The notes beneath the pieces are model-generated. The model was not told where the DNA came from and made no database searches. It saw nothing but the letters and a program-made list of their open reading frames with translations. A stretch of 64,000 bases of DNA from an uncultured Alphaproteobacteria bacterium (GTDB lineage Bacteria; Pseudomonadota; Alphaproteobacteria; Rhizobiales; Xanthobacteraceae), in assembly GCA_963733645.1 (NCBI GenBank), contig CAVTFP010000015.1, positions 58,375 to 122,374 on the forward strand, given 5' to 3'. The translations under genes were made by a program, and so were the position numbers. Below, piece by piece: positions 17,823-27,115 of the stretch (position 1 is its first letter; each line of letters opens with the position of its first letter).

Positions 17823-17984
17823 TTATCTGAGTGCCGATGAGATCGACGTGAAAGTGGTCTTGAGCTTGCCGCCAAGCCCGGTAACCACCGGGATGATTGC
17901 GACCGCAATTCCTGTGGCGATGAGACCGTACTCGATCGCCGTTGCGGCGCTCTCGTCTTTCAGAAATCTGATGATGAGTCGCAT
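17823..17984 (-). CDS. flp: Flp/Fap-family type IVb pilin (53 aa; below the ORF-track cutoff)
   Basis: Manual translation: MRLIIRFLKDESAATAIEYGLIATGIAVAIIPVVTGLGGKLKTTFTSISSALR*. It has the Flp motif (G/A)ATAIEYGLI and a GGAG RBS about 10 nt upstream. Confidence 0.75.
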   Translation of the reverse strand: MRLIIRFLKDESAATAIEYGLIATGIAVAIIPVVTGLGGKLKTTFTSISSALR

Positions 17985-18215
17985 CGCGGGCGCTCCATAA
18001 CGGCAGTTATCTTTATATCTGAAATCTTATTAGTGGCTTAAGCTCAGCGCTTACCCATCCGGGGAATACTTAAAGGGGCCTTTACCGTCCTAGGACATAC
18101 CGCGCCGGCTTTGCTGGGCAACATTTGTTCCGGCGCATACTCGTTTTTGAATCTTAAGGAATGCCGGTGCAATCTTGTGCGGAACTTCGTCGGCTTGCAT
18201 CCAGAGGTAGGTGCT

Positions 18216-18413
18216 ATGAAACTCTACGCGCCGAATATTGCGCTGTTCGCTATAACATGGTGCCTGGCGCTTCTTGGCGTACTGGCCGCAATACCCATCG
18301 AATTGCCTATCCCAGGGCTAACCGGCAATTCTGCCTGGTACATTTTCCTCGCTTGGTTCCTGCTTGCCGCCGGCAGCATCGTGCCGCGGCGGGATAAATC
18401 CAGATCGGAATGA
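18216..18413 (+). CDS. Small hypothetical two-helix membrane protein
   Basis: Internal ATG with RBS agaggtagg. MKLYAPNIALFAITWCLALLGVLAAIPIE...WYIFLAWFLLAAGSIV. No family recognised. Confidence 0.35.
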   Translation: MKLYAPNIALFAITWCLALLGVLAAIPIELPIPGLTGNSAWYIFLAWFLLAAGSIVPRRDKSRSE

Positions 18414-18524
18414 CGCAGCGGCGCCGGACCGGCATGATCGCGGCCGGGCTATGCCAGGTTGTGCCATTGACGTGTGAGCACTGACGCGGGAAGAAAGCTT
18501 TCGACCGCGCCAGAGGAACCGTGA

Positions 18525-20303
18525 ATGTCCGACCCGGGAGACAAGAAAAAAGAGGGCCATACCCTCACCGATCATCTCTACGGCCAGAATATCGTGCATG
18601 AGCACGGCGAAGATTCCGACCACGATCACGACCACGATTACGATTTCGAGAACGACGACGTCCCGCTGGAGGATAATCCACTGTGGCGCCAGGACTTCGT
18701 ATCGCTGATGACGGTCGGCATCGATATTGGGTCTTCGGGTACTCAGGTCATATTTTCGCGCGTGAGTTTGCGGCGGATGAGCGAAGATCTGACCAGCCGC
18801 TATTACGTCGTTTCGCGTGAGACTTTGTTTCAGTCACCAGTCGCGCTCACGCCGTACCAGAGCGAGGAACGTATCGACGATGCCAAACTCGGCGCCATCA
18901 TCGACGATGCCTATAATGCCGCAAAACTTCGTCCCGACCAGATCGATACCGGTGTGGTCATTCTTACCGGCGAAGCGCTGCGGCGCGAAAATGCGCAGGG
19001 CATCGCCAAGATTCTCTCCGAGCAGGGCGGCGAGTTCGTCACCGCGACGGCCGGCCACCACATGGAGGCGATGCTTGCGGCCTATGGCTCGGGCGCGGCG
19101 CGCGTCTCGAGCGACGAGCGCAAACGCATCCTCAACATCGACATCGGTGGCGGCACCACCAAGCTCGGCCTCGTCGAAAAGGGCAAGGTGACCGCGACCG
19201 CCGCCGTGCATATCGGCGGGCGCTTGCAAGTCGTGGAGGGGGGCAGGATCGTCCGCCTCGATCCAGCGGGAAAACATCACGCCAAGCGTGCCGGTTTCAC
19301 CTGGTCCCGCGGCGATGCCGTGGCCGTCGCCGATATGCAAAAAGTCGCCGAGGGCATGGCCGACACGCTGGTTGCTGCAGTTACGGCACGGCCATTGCCA
19401 CACGATGTCGCCCATCTTTATCTTACCGACCCGATCGCCGAACTCGGCCAGATCGACGGCGTCATGTTCTCGGGCGGCGTTGCCGAATACATCTATCAGC
19501 GCGAAGACCGCGATTTCGGCGATATGGGCCCGCGGTTAGGCCGCGCCATTCGGGCGCGCATCGAGCAGGGCAGGTTTCCCTGGCCGGTACTGCCGGCCGG
19601 CGAATGTATTCGCGCCACCGCGCTCGGTGCTTCCGAATACAGCGTCCAGCTTTCCGGGAATACCAGTTACATTTCGGCGCCCGGCGCGCTACTGCCGCGC
19701 CGCAATCTGCAAGTCCTGCTGCCGCCTTTTGCTTGCGATGAGACGATCGATCCGGACGAGCTCGCAGCCGCCATCCGCGGCCATATGACAGCGTTCGATA
19801 TCGCCGACAGCGATCAGGAAATAGCGCTGGCGCTGCGCTGGACCGGTATGCCGTCCTACCAGCGTCTTGCCGCTTTTGCCGAGGGCATCAAGCGGGGGCT
19901 CGCCGACCGTATAGCCAAAAGGCGTCCGCTCTACATCATGCTTGATGGCGATGTGGCGCAAACACTCGGCCATATCTTGCGCGAGGAGCTTCATGTCGAA
20001 AGCGAACTGCTGGTGATCGATGGCGTGGTGCTGTGGGATTTCGATTACATCGACCTCGGCCGTATTCGCATGCCGTCCTACACCGTGCCGGTCACTATCA
20101 AGTCGCTGGTATTCAGCGAGGACCCGCGCGGCCCGCGGCCGCGGCAGCGCCTGCACCATCATGACCATGAGGATGGTCACTACCACGATCATGATGACCA
20201 CCACGGTCCTGACCATCGTCGTCACGATCATGATGACCACCACGGCCATGCCCATCATCATCACGATCATGAGCCGGCGGTTCCGCGCCGCGGCCGGCCC
20301 TAA
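18525..20303 (+). CDS. EutA-like ASKHA-fold ATPase (ethanolamine ammonia-lyase reactivase family) with His/Asp-rich N- and C-terminal tails
   Basis: Actin-like phosphate motifs VGIDIGSSGTQV and LNIDIGGGTTKLG. N-terminal HEHGEDSDHDHDHDYDFEND. C-terminal RLHHHDHEDGHYHDHDDHHGPDHRRHDHDDHHGHAHHHHDHEP. Confidence 0.75.
   Translation: MSDPGDKKKEGHTLTDHLYGQNIVHEHGEDSDHDHDHDYDFENDDVPLEDNPLWRQDFVSLMTVGIDIGSSGTQVIFSRVSLRRMSEDLTSRYYVVSRETLFQSPVALTPYQSEERIDDAKLGAIIDDAYNAAKLRPDQIDTGVVILTGEALRRENAQGIAKILSEQGGEFVTATAGHHMEAMLAAYGSGAARVSSDERKRILNIDIGGGTTKLGLVEKGKVTATAAVHIGGRLQVVEGGRIVRLDPAGKHHAKRAGFTWSRGDAVAVADMQKVAEGMADTLVAAVTARPLPHDVAHLYLTDPIAELGQIDGVMFSGGVAEYIYQREDRDFGDMGPRLGRAIRARIEQGRFPWPVLPAGECIRATALGASEYSVQLSGNTSYISAPGALLPRRNLQVLLPPFACDETIDPDELAAAIRGHMTAFDIADSDQEIALALRWTGMPSYQRLAAFAEGIKRGLADRIAKRRPLYIMLDGDVAQTLGHILREELHVESELLVIDGVVLWDFDYIDLGRIRMPSYTVPVTIKSLVFSEDPRGPRPRQRLHHHDHEDGHYHDHDDHHGPDHRRHDHDDHHGHAHHHHDHEPAVPRRGRP
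20184..20245. repeat. 23-nt perfect direct repeat (cacgatcatgatgaccaccacgg) at 39-nt spacing inside the His-tail coding region
   Basis: Copies at 20184-20206 and 20223-20245, read directly. Each encodes HDHDDHHG. Confidence 0.8.
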
Positions 20304-20377
20304 GTTACGGTTGTTTTTGATCTGCTAATCCGCCAAATTCTTGATAATATTCGGGGCGAATTTCCAAGGAGAGCTAA

Positions 20378-21523
20378 ATGGCCAAAAACGCAGTCGTTTC
20401 CGAAGAGCTTGCCAGCAAGTTCAAGACCGAAAAGGAAACGCCGTATACCCGGTGGGTAAAGGCCGAAGGCCTCGACATCATCCCGTCGTTCTACGTGCAA
20501 AACCTGCGCACCGTCGCGCTGAAGCCCTGGACGCGCCGCGGCGGCAATGCGGTGTTCCTCAACCACGACGCGTCGCGGACGTCGAACGATTGCTATGTCA
20601 TGGAAATTCCGCCGGGCAAGAGCCTCAGCCCACACCGGCAGCTCTACGAGGAGATGGTGCTGGTGCTCAGCGGCCGCGGCTCGACCACGGTATGGAACGA
20701 TGCCGGCGCGCGCATCACCTTCGAGTGGAAAGAGGGTGCGCTGTTCGCCATTCCGCTCAATTGCCACCACCAGCACTTCAACGGCTCGGGCAGGGAACCG
20801 GCGCGCTATGTTGCGGTCACCGACGCGCCGCCCGTCATCAACCTGTACGAAGACATCGATTTCATCTTCAACACCAAGTACGACTTCAAAAATCGCTTCG
20901 CCGGCGAGCCCGATTATTTCAGCTCAAAAGGTGAGCAGATGGGCTTCCTGCTGCGAACCAACTTCGTGCCTGACGCCGTCAATTTGCCGCTCATTACCGC
21001 GGCGGAGCGCGGCGCTGGTGGCGGCCATATCCGCTTCAACATGGCCAAGGGCTCGATGAACAGCCACATCTCGCAATTCCCGATCGGCACCTACAAGAAA
21101 GGCCATGCGCATGGCCCGGGCGCGCACGTCATTATCCTGTCCGGCGAAGGCTTTTCGCTGATGTGGCCCGAGGGCGAGCAGCCGCAGCACTACAAATGGG
21201 AAGTCGGCACCATGATCGTGCCGCCCAACATGTGGTTCCATCAGCACTTCAATGCCGGCACGACGCCGTCCCGCTACTTGGCGTTCAAGCATGAGGGCGT
21301 GTCGGTCCGCAACGCCCAAGGGGTTCCAAAGGCCTGGATCAGCAAGCGCGTCGGCGGTGATCAGATCGACTACATCGACGAGAAGCCCGAAATTCGGCGT
21401 CTGTTTGCGACCGAACTTGCCAAGCACGGCCTCACTCCGCGCATGGATGCGGCCTACGAAAAGGAACTCGCGACCCTGCCGCCGTTGCCCGGCGATGGCG
21501 AGCGGATGACCGCGGCGGAGTAG
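20378..21523 (+). CDS. Bicupin (two RmlC-like cupin barrels) protein of unknown function
   Basis: Strong RBS AAGGAGAG. Second barrel has metal-binding motifs GHAHGPGAHVIILSGEG and PPNMWFHQHFN. First barrel has PHRQLYEEMVLVLSGRG and NCHHQHFN. Confidence 0.7.
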   Translation: MAKNAVVSEELASKFKTEKETPYTRWVKAEGLDIIPSFYVQNLRTVALKPWTRRGGNAVFLNHDASRTSNDCYVMEIPPGKSLSPHRQLYEEMVLVLSGRGSTTVWNDAGARITFEWKEGALFAIPLNCHHQHFNGSGREPARYVAVTDAPPVINLYEDIDFIFNTKYDFKNRFAGEPDYFSSKGEQMGFLLRTNFVPDAVNLPLITAAERGAGGGHIRFNMAKGSMNSHISQFPIGTYKKGHAHGPGAHVIILSGEGFSLMWPEGEQPQHYKWEVGTMIVPPNMWFHQHFNAGTTPSRYLAFKHEGVSVRNAQGVPKAWISKRVGGDQIDYIDEKPEIRRLFATELAKHGLTPRMDAAYEKELATLPPLPGDGERMTAAE

Positions 21524-21662
21524 GGCGGCCGAAGAGGGACGCCTCTCCCTTCAAGACGGCGTGGCACCCGGCTTCCACGGCTTTGCCGCGGCGCCGTTGT
21601 GCATCGCGCAGGCGCCATCTAGGCTGGCGGCTTCGATCCCCTGTATCGTTGCGTCCGGGTCA

Positions 21663-22551
21663 ATGAAGCCAACCCCCTTCGACTATCACGCGCCGCGGCA
21701 GCTCCAAGAAGCTGCCGATCTGCTGGCGACACTGCCCAACGCCAAAATTCTCGCCGGCGGGCAATCGCTCGTGCCGATGATGAATTTCCGTTACGTCATG
21801 GTCGATAATCTCGTCGATCTCGGCGGTGTGGAGGATCTGCGCGGCATTGCGGTCGGCGACGGCAAGCTGCGCATCGGCGCCATGATGCGGCAGCGCGAAC
21901 TTGAACAGTCGCCTGAAATCGCCCGCTATTGCCCGCTGATGGCTAAAGCGCTGCGGTATGTAGGCCATCGCCAGACCCGCAATCGCGGTACTATCGGCGG
22001 CAGCCTGGCTCACGCCGATCCCGCCGCCGAATTGCCAGCGATCTGCGCGGCCTATGACGCCATAGTCCATCTGGCGAGCGTGCGCGGCATTCGGGCAATT
22101 CCATTCCGGGAGTTCACCGCGGGCTTCATGGCGACGGCGCTGGCGCCGGACGAAATGATTGCCGCAATCGATCTGCCGATCTGGCGCCAAGGTCATGGTC
22201 ACGGATTTCATGAATTTGCGCGCCGTCACGGCGACTTTGCGCTGGCCGGCGCAGCCGCGCTGCTCGACGTCGGTGCCGGTAATATCGTGCGGCAGGCGGC
22301 GCTTGCGCTGTGCGGCGTCGCCGCTTCGCCGATCCGGGTCGACGCCGCCGAGGCGCGGCTCGTCGGTCAGCCGCTCGAACTCCGCTTTGATCCGTTCTGC
22401 GGCGGCCGCGTCGTGGCTGGTCGAGCCGGTATCCGATATTCATGCCAGCGGCGACTATCGGAGGCATCTGGCGCAGATTCTGAGTTTGCGCGCACTCACC
22501 GATGCCGCTCGAGGCGCCGGCGTTGAAGTTCCGCCCCGGCATCTAGTGTGA
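21663..22551 (+). pseudogene. Molybdenum hydroxylase FAD-binding (medium, CoxM-like) subunit, +1 frame break near 22371-22385
   Basis: MKPTPFDYHAP...AGGQSLVPMMNFR. The expected C-terminal motif SDIHASGDYRRHLAQILSLRAL lies in frame 1 (ORF 22159..22551), while the body is in frame 3. Length 889 nt is 3n+1. Confidence 0.75.
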
Positions 22552-22566
22552 TTGTGCAGAGAACGT

Positions 22567-23052
22567 ATGAGTAAGAAGCCGACGCGATTAACGGTCAACG
22601 GCAAGGCCTATGCGCGTATCGTCGAGCCGCGGCTGACGCTGGCCGATTTTCTGCGGCACGAGCTTGGTCTCACCGGCACTCATCTCGGTTGCGAGCACGG
22701 CGTCTGCGGCGCCTGCACGGTACTGGTCGATGGCTGCTCGACACGCGCGTGCCTGATGTTCGCGGTGCAGGCCAACGGTCGCGAGGTCACGACCGTGGAG
22801 GGTCTCGCGCCGGACGGCGAGCTGTCGGTCTTGCAACAGGCCTTTATCGACAATCATGGCCTGCAATGCGGCTTCTGCACGCCGGGCATGCTGATCACGC
22901 TGACAGAGTTGTTGCGCGAAATGCCGAAGCCCAGTGAGCAGGACGTGCGCGAGGCTCTCACCGGTAATCTCTGCCGCTGCACCGGCTATGCCGGAATCGT
23001 CGCGGCGGCGCTCGATGCGGCGCAGCGCCTGCGCAGCGAGCGTGAGGACTGA
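22567..23052 (+). CDS. Molybdenum hydroxylase [2Fe-2S] (small, CoxS-like) subunit
   Basis: [15 protein letters not shown] and CGFCTPGM...CRCTGY cluster motifs. Confidence 0.9.
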   Translation: MSKKPTRLTVNGKAYARIVEPRLTLADFLRHELGLTGTHLGCEHGVCGACTVLVDGCSTRACLMFAVQANGREVTTVEGLAPDGELSVLQQAFIDNHGLQCGFCTPGMLITLTELLREMPKPSEQDVREALTGNLCRCTGYAGIVAAALDAAQRLRSERED

Positions 23053-23054
23053 GC

Positions 23055-25407
23055 ATGGGCGCGAAGCATCTCGGCGCGCGCGTCAAGCGTCTTGAAGATC
23101 CGGCGCTGCTGTCCGGCCGCGGTCGTTTCGTCGATGACGTGAAATTGCCTGGCGTACTGCACGCTTGCTTCGTGCGCTCGCCTTATGCGCACGCGCGGCT
23201 GCAAGGGATCGACATCAAGGCGGCCATGGCAATGCCGGGCGTTCATGCGGTCATCGCCGCGAACGATCTGCCGGGGCCGATGCGCAGCGAACCGATGCCG
23301 ATGCTGCTGCCGAATTCGGCGATCTCGGCAGTTTGCACCCAGCATGTTTTGGCGCGCGGTGAAGTGTTCTATGTCGGCCAGCCAATCGCCGTCGTAATCG
23401 CCAATTCGCGTTACATCGCCGAGGACGCGGCGGCCGCGGTCGTCGTGCATTATGATGCGCTCCATGCCGTGAGCGATTGCCGCGATGCCATCAAGGAAGA
23501 TGCACCGCGCGCTCATGCCGCTCTCGACTCGAATGTGCTTTCAACATTCCGGCTGGCTTATGGCGATGTTGATAGCCGCTTTCGCCGATGCCGCCCACGT
23601 CTTCGAAGAGGAGATCTGGCAGCATCGCGGCGGCGGCATGGCGATCGAGACCCGCGCGGTGCTCGCCAATTATGACGCTGCGGCGGATCATCTGACCGTG
23701 TGGTCGGGTACGCAGACGCCGCATATCGGCCGCCGCATGATGGCCGATCTGCTCGGCCGCGAACTCGAATCGATTCGCATGATCGCGCCCGATGTCGGCG
23801 GTGGGTTCGGGCCGAAGGCGATCTTTTATCCCGAAGAGGCGGTGATCCCGGCGGCGGCGCTGAAACTTGGCCGTCCGGTGAAATGGATCGAGGACAGACG
23901 CGAGCACTTCCTCTGCGCCACGCAGGAACGCGATCAATACTGGGAGGTCGCAATCGCGGTCGATGCCGAGGGAAAAATCCTCGGACTTCGCGGCCGGATG
24001 TTGCACGATTCCGGCGCATTCGTGCCGTGGGGCGTAATTATGCCCTATATCGCGGCAGCGACCGTGCCCGGGCCCTATGTCGTTCCCGCGTATCAGCTCG
24101 ACACCACGGTAGTGCTGACCAACAAAGTGCCGACGACGCCGGTGCGCGGTGCCGGTCGGCCGCAGGCCGTTTTCGCAATGGAACGGCTTTTGGATCGTGT
24201 TGCGCGCGAACTTGGTCTCGACCGCGCCGAAGTCCGCCGAAGGAATTTCATCCAGCCGGAGCAGATGCCCTACGAGGTCGGCTTGATCTTCCGCGACGGC
24301 AAGCCGCTGATCTACGACAGCGGGGACTATCCAAAAGGGCAGGACACCGCATTGGTGCAAGCCGAATACGAAAGCTTCCGCGAGCGCCAGCGCGCGGCGC
24401 TCGACCAGGGCCGTTTCGTCGGCATAGGACTTGGCAATTATGTCGAAGGCACCGGGCTGGGCCCGTTCGAGGGCGTGACAGTGCGTGTGCTGCCGAGCGG
24501 CAAGGTGGCAGTCGCCACCGGCGCCACCAATCAGGGCCAGGGTACGCGCACGACACTGTCGCAGATCGTCGCCGAAGAGGTCGGCTGCCGCCTCGAGGAC
24601 ATCATCATGACGATCGGCGATACCGGCGCGATCTCGCAGGGCGTCGGCGCCTTCGCTAGCCGCCAGGCGGTCAATGCCGGATGCTCGGCGCTCATTGCCG
24701 GGCAGTCCGTGCGCACGCAATTGATCGCGCTCGCGGCGCGTGCTCTCGGCGTCACGGAGAGTGACATCGATCTCGATAACGGGCAGGCGATCGCAAATAG
24801 CGGCAACAAGCCGATAATCGGTTTCGGCGAGCTTGCTCGCTTGGCTCAGGGCATTCCCGGCGTCTCGCTGCCGGTGGGGCAAGCCGCAGGTCTCGAGCAC
24901 ACGGCCTATTACACGCCCACACAGGCCGCCTATTGTTCCGGAACGCATGTCGCCGAAGTCGAGGTCGACGCCATGACCGGCGGCGTGAAGATTCTGCGTT
25001 ATACGGTTGCGCATGATAGCGGCCGCGTCATCAATCCGCTGATCGTCGACGGCCAAGTGCAGGGCGGCGTGGCTCACGGCATCGGCAATGCGCTGCTTGA
25101 ATGGATGCAGTACGATGAGAATGCGCAGCCGTTGACCACATCATTCGCCGATTATCTGTTGCCGATGGCGACCGATGTCCCGACCTGCGATATCGCCCAT
25201 GTCGAGACGGTCAATCCGCTCAATCCGCTTGGCGTCAAAGGCGCCGGTGAAGGCGGCACTATCCCGGCGGCGGCGGCAATCATTGCCGCGATCGAAGACG
25301 CGCTGTCGCCGTTCAACGTGCACTTTGTCGAGACGCCGCTGACGCCGGAGCGAATAGTGGCGGCGTTGCGCGTCGCGGGTGCTTACGAGCGATTGTTTGT
25401 GGCATGA
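23055..25407 (+). pseudogene. Molybdenum hydroxylase molybdopterin-binding (large, CoxL/XdhB-like) subunit, +1 frame break at ~23574
   Basis: ORF 23055..23675 (frame 3) joins ORF 23485..25407 (frame 1) as ...RLAYGDVD|AAFADAAHVFEEE..., with an extra nucleotide in gat-a-gcc. VRGAGRPQ active-site-loop-like motif. Length 2353 nt is 3n+1. Confidence 0.8.
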
Positions 25408-25417
25408 GGCTTCCAGC

Positions 25418-25927
25418 ATGAACGAGATTCAAGCCGAGACGACGCCATTCTGGCGTTTCTCGCTGCATTTTTATCGGCAAACCGGCGTGTCGGACGCCTG
25501 CATCGCCTTGCAGGACGACTGCGGTGTCGACGTAAATCTCCTGCTGTTCCTGTTTTGGCTCGCGTCCGACGGGCGTCTGCTCGCGGCGGACGAAGTAAAA
25601 AGGCTCGACGAAAGAGTAAGAAGCTGGCGCGAGCTCACGATCATCCCGATCCGCGACACGCGCCGTAAGCTTAAAGGTGCGGCGACACTCCTCGATCCGG
25701 GCAAACAGGAAGCGTTCCGCAACAAAGTGAAGGCTGTGGAACTCGACGCCGAGAAGTTGCAGCAAGAGGCGCTCTACGAATTCACCAGATCCGGCCCGCT
25801 TGGCAAGGAAGCGCTGCCAAAGGAGGCCGCGCGTTCCAATGTCGGCGCTTATGAGCGCACGATTGGCACAGAATTCCCGAAAAAGGCCGTTGAGGTTTTG
25901 ATCGGCGGTTTCGAGAGCGCCCTCTAA
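25418..25927 (+). CDS. TIGR02444/DUF2390-like conserved hypothetical protein
   Basis: MNEIQAETTPFWRFSLHFYRQTGVSDACIALQDDCGVDVNLLLFLFWLA matches my recollection of this family. Not verifiable here. Confidence 0.5.
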   Translation: MNEIQAETTPFWRFSLHFYRQTGVSDACIALQDDCGVDVNLLLFLFWLASDGRLLAADEVKRLDERVRSWRELTIIPIRDTRRKLKGAATLLDPGKQEAFRNKVKAVELDAEKLQQEALYEFTRSGPLGKEALPKEAARSNVGAYERTIGTEFPKKAVEVLIGGFESAL

Positions 25928-26006
25928 GCCGCAGTCCCGACCGGCTGGTATGCCGTGTCGTCTCGTGGCAAAAGCGTCCAGTTCTAAAGGGGGAACGAGG
26001 GCAGGA

Positions 26007-26591
26007 ATGGCCAAGACCGCCGCGCGGCTTATTGTCGGCATATCCGGCGCTTCCGGCACCGTCTACGGCGTGCGGATGCTCGAACTCCTGCGCGACACCG
26101 AGATCGAGACCCATCTCGTCATGAGCAAGTCGGCGGAAATGACGCTGGCCTACGAGACCGATATGAAGCCAAAGGACGTGCGCGCGCTCGCGACCCACCA
26201 TTATCCCGCGTCCGATATCGGTGCGGCGATCTCCTCCGGTTCGTTTCCAACCATGGGCATGATCATCGCGCCATGCTCGATTCGGACCATGAGCGAGATC
26301 GCGACCGGCGTGACGGCGTCGCTATTGTCGCGTGCCGCCGATGTGGTGCTCAAGGAGAAGCGCCGCCTGGTCCTTGCCGTGCGCGAGACGCCGCTCCACG
26401 GCGGCCACCTTCGCACGATGACGACGCTGGCCGACATTGGCGCCGTCATCGCACCGATCGTGCCGGCTTTCTACAATCGCCCGAAATCCGTCGATGACAT
26501 CGTCAATCACACGGTCGGTCGGCTGCTCGACCTGTTCGGCATCGATACCGGAATCGTCAAACGCTGGAAGGGCGGCCCGGCGGAACATTGA
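26007..26591 (+). CDS. ubiX: UbiX-family flavin prenyltransferase (prenyl-FMN synthase)
   Basis: MAKTAARLIVGISGASGTVYGVRMLELL..., MIIAPCSIRTMSEIATG..., LVLAVRETPLH are typical UbiX/Pad1 motifs. Adjacent to a UbiD gene. Confidence 0.9.
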   Translation: MAKTAARLIVGISGASGTVYGVRMLELLRDTEIETHLVMSKSAEMTLAYETDMKPKDVRALATHHYPASDIGAAISSGSFPTMGMIIAPCSIRTMSEIATGVTASLLSRAADVVLKEKRRLVLAVRETPLHGGHLRTMTTLADIGAVIAPIVPAFYNRPKSVDDIVNHTVGRLLDLFGIDTGIVKRWKGGPAEH

Positions 26592-26618
26592 TCGTTCAAT
26601 CGGAGTGAGGGAAACACC

Positions 26619-27005
26619 ATGGACCAGAAACGCTACGATCTCGGCCTCAAGATGCGCAAACAGGTGCTCGGCGCCGAATATGTCGACCGTGCGCTCAATA
26701 ACGTCGACGATTTCAATCGCGATTTCCAGCGCCTGCTCACGGAATATTGCTGGGGCGAGACCTGGGGCGACGACACGCTGAAACCGCGTGAGCGCTCGAT
26801 CCTCAATCTCGGCATGATCGGCGCGCTCGGCAAGATGGAAGAATTCGCTACCCACGTGCGCGGCGCGCTCAATAACGGGCTCACCCCGAACGAAATCCGC
26901 GCCGCGCTCACCCAGATCACCATCTATTGTGGCGCTCCGAAGGGCGTGGATTGTTTTCGTATCGCCAAGCCGATCATCGCCGAGCACGAGAAGAACAAGA
27001 AGTAG
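26619..27005 (+). CDS. Carboxymuconolactone decarboxylase (CMD/PcaC-like) family protein
   Basis: 128 aa. ...EYCWGETWGDDTLKPRERSILNLGMIGALGKMEEF...HVRGALNNGLTPNEIRAALTQITIYCGAP is typical of the CMD family. Confidence 0.8.
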   Translation: MDQKRYDLGLKMRKQVLGAEYVDRALNNVDDFNRDFQRLLTEYCWGETWGDDTLKPRERSILNLGMIGALGKMEEFATHVRGALNNGLTPNEIRAALTQITIYCGAPKGVDCFRIAKPIIAEHEKNKK

Positions 27006-27010
27006 GGAGC

Positions 27011-27090
27011 GTCGTGGCCGGGCTTGACCCGACCATCTCGGTCCGCTGTACCAATGCTATCGGGATCGCCGGGACAAGCTCGGTGATGAC
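27011..27090. repeat. Imperfect inverted repeat (27-nt arms, 20/27 complementary, 26-nt spacer), REP-like intergenic palindrome
   Basis: gtcgtggccgggcttgacccgaccatc ... gatcgccgggacaagctcggtgatgac, read directly. Resembles the GCCGGGCTTGxCCCGxCCATC-type elements I recall from Bradyrhizobium-group genomes. Confidence 0.45.
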
Positions 27091-27115
27091 GGCCGGAATA
27101 GCGAAGGCCCGTTGC

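Noticed and set aside
20311-20350. Sigma-70-like promoter (ttgatc ... gataat) in the AT-rich spacer upstream of the bicupin gene
   Set aside because: The spacing between the candidate -35 and -10 hexamers is about 20 nt rather than 16-18, and there is no supporting evidence. Not reported as a feature.
23491-25077. 528-aa minus-strand ORF antisense to the CoxL-like gene. Similar long antisense ORFs occur at 26924-28015, 42833-43867, 45068-46285 and 48204-49679.
   Set aside because: Each lies opposite a gene with strong family signatures. Compositions are dominated by Arg/Ala/Gly/Asp, with no motifs and no RBS-supported starts. They are GC-content artefacts.
25313-26059. 248-aa minus-strand ORF spanning the TIGR02444-like gene and the UbiX start
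   Set aside because: It is antisense to two plus-strand genes that fit the co-directional operon. It has no recognisable motifs.
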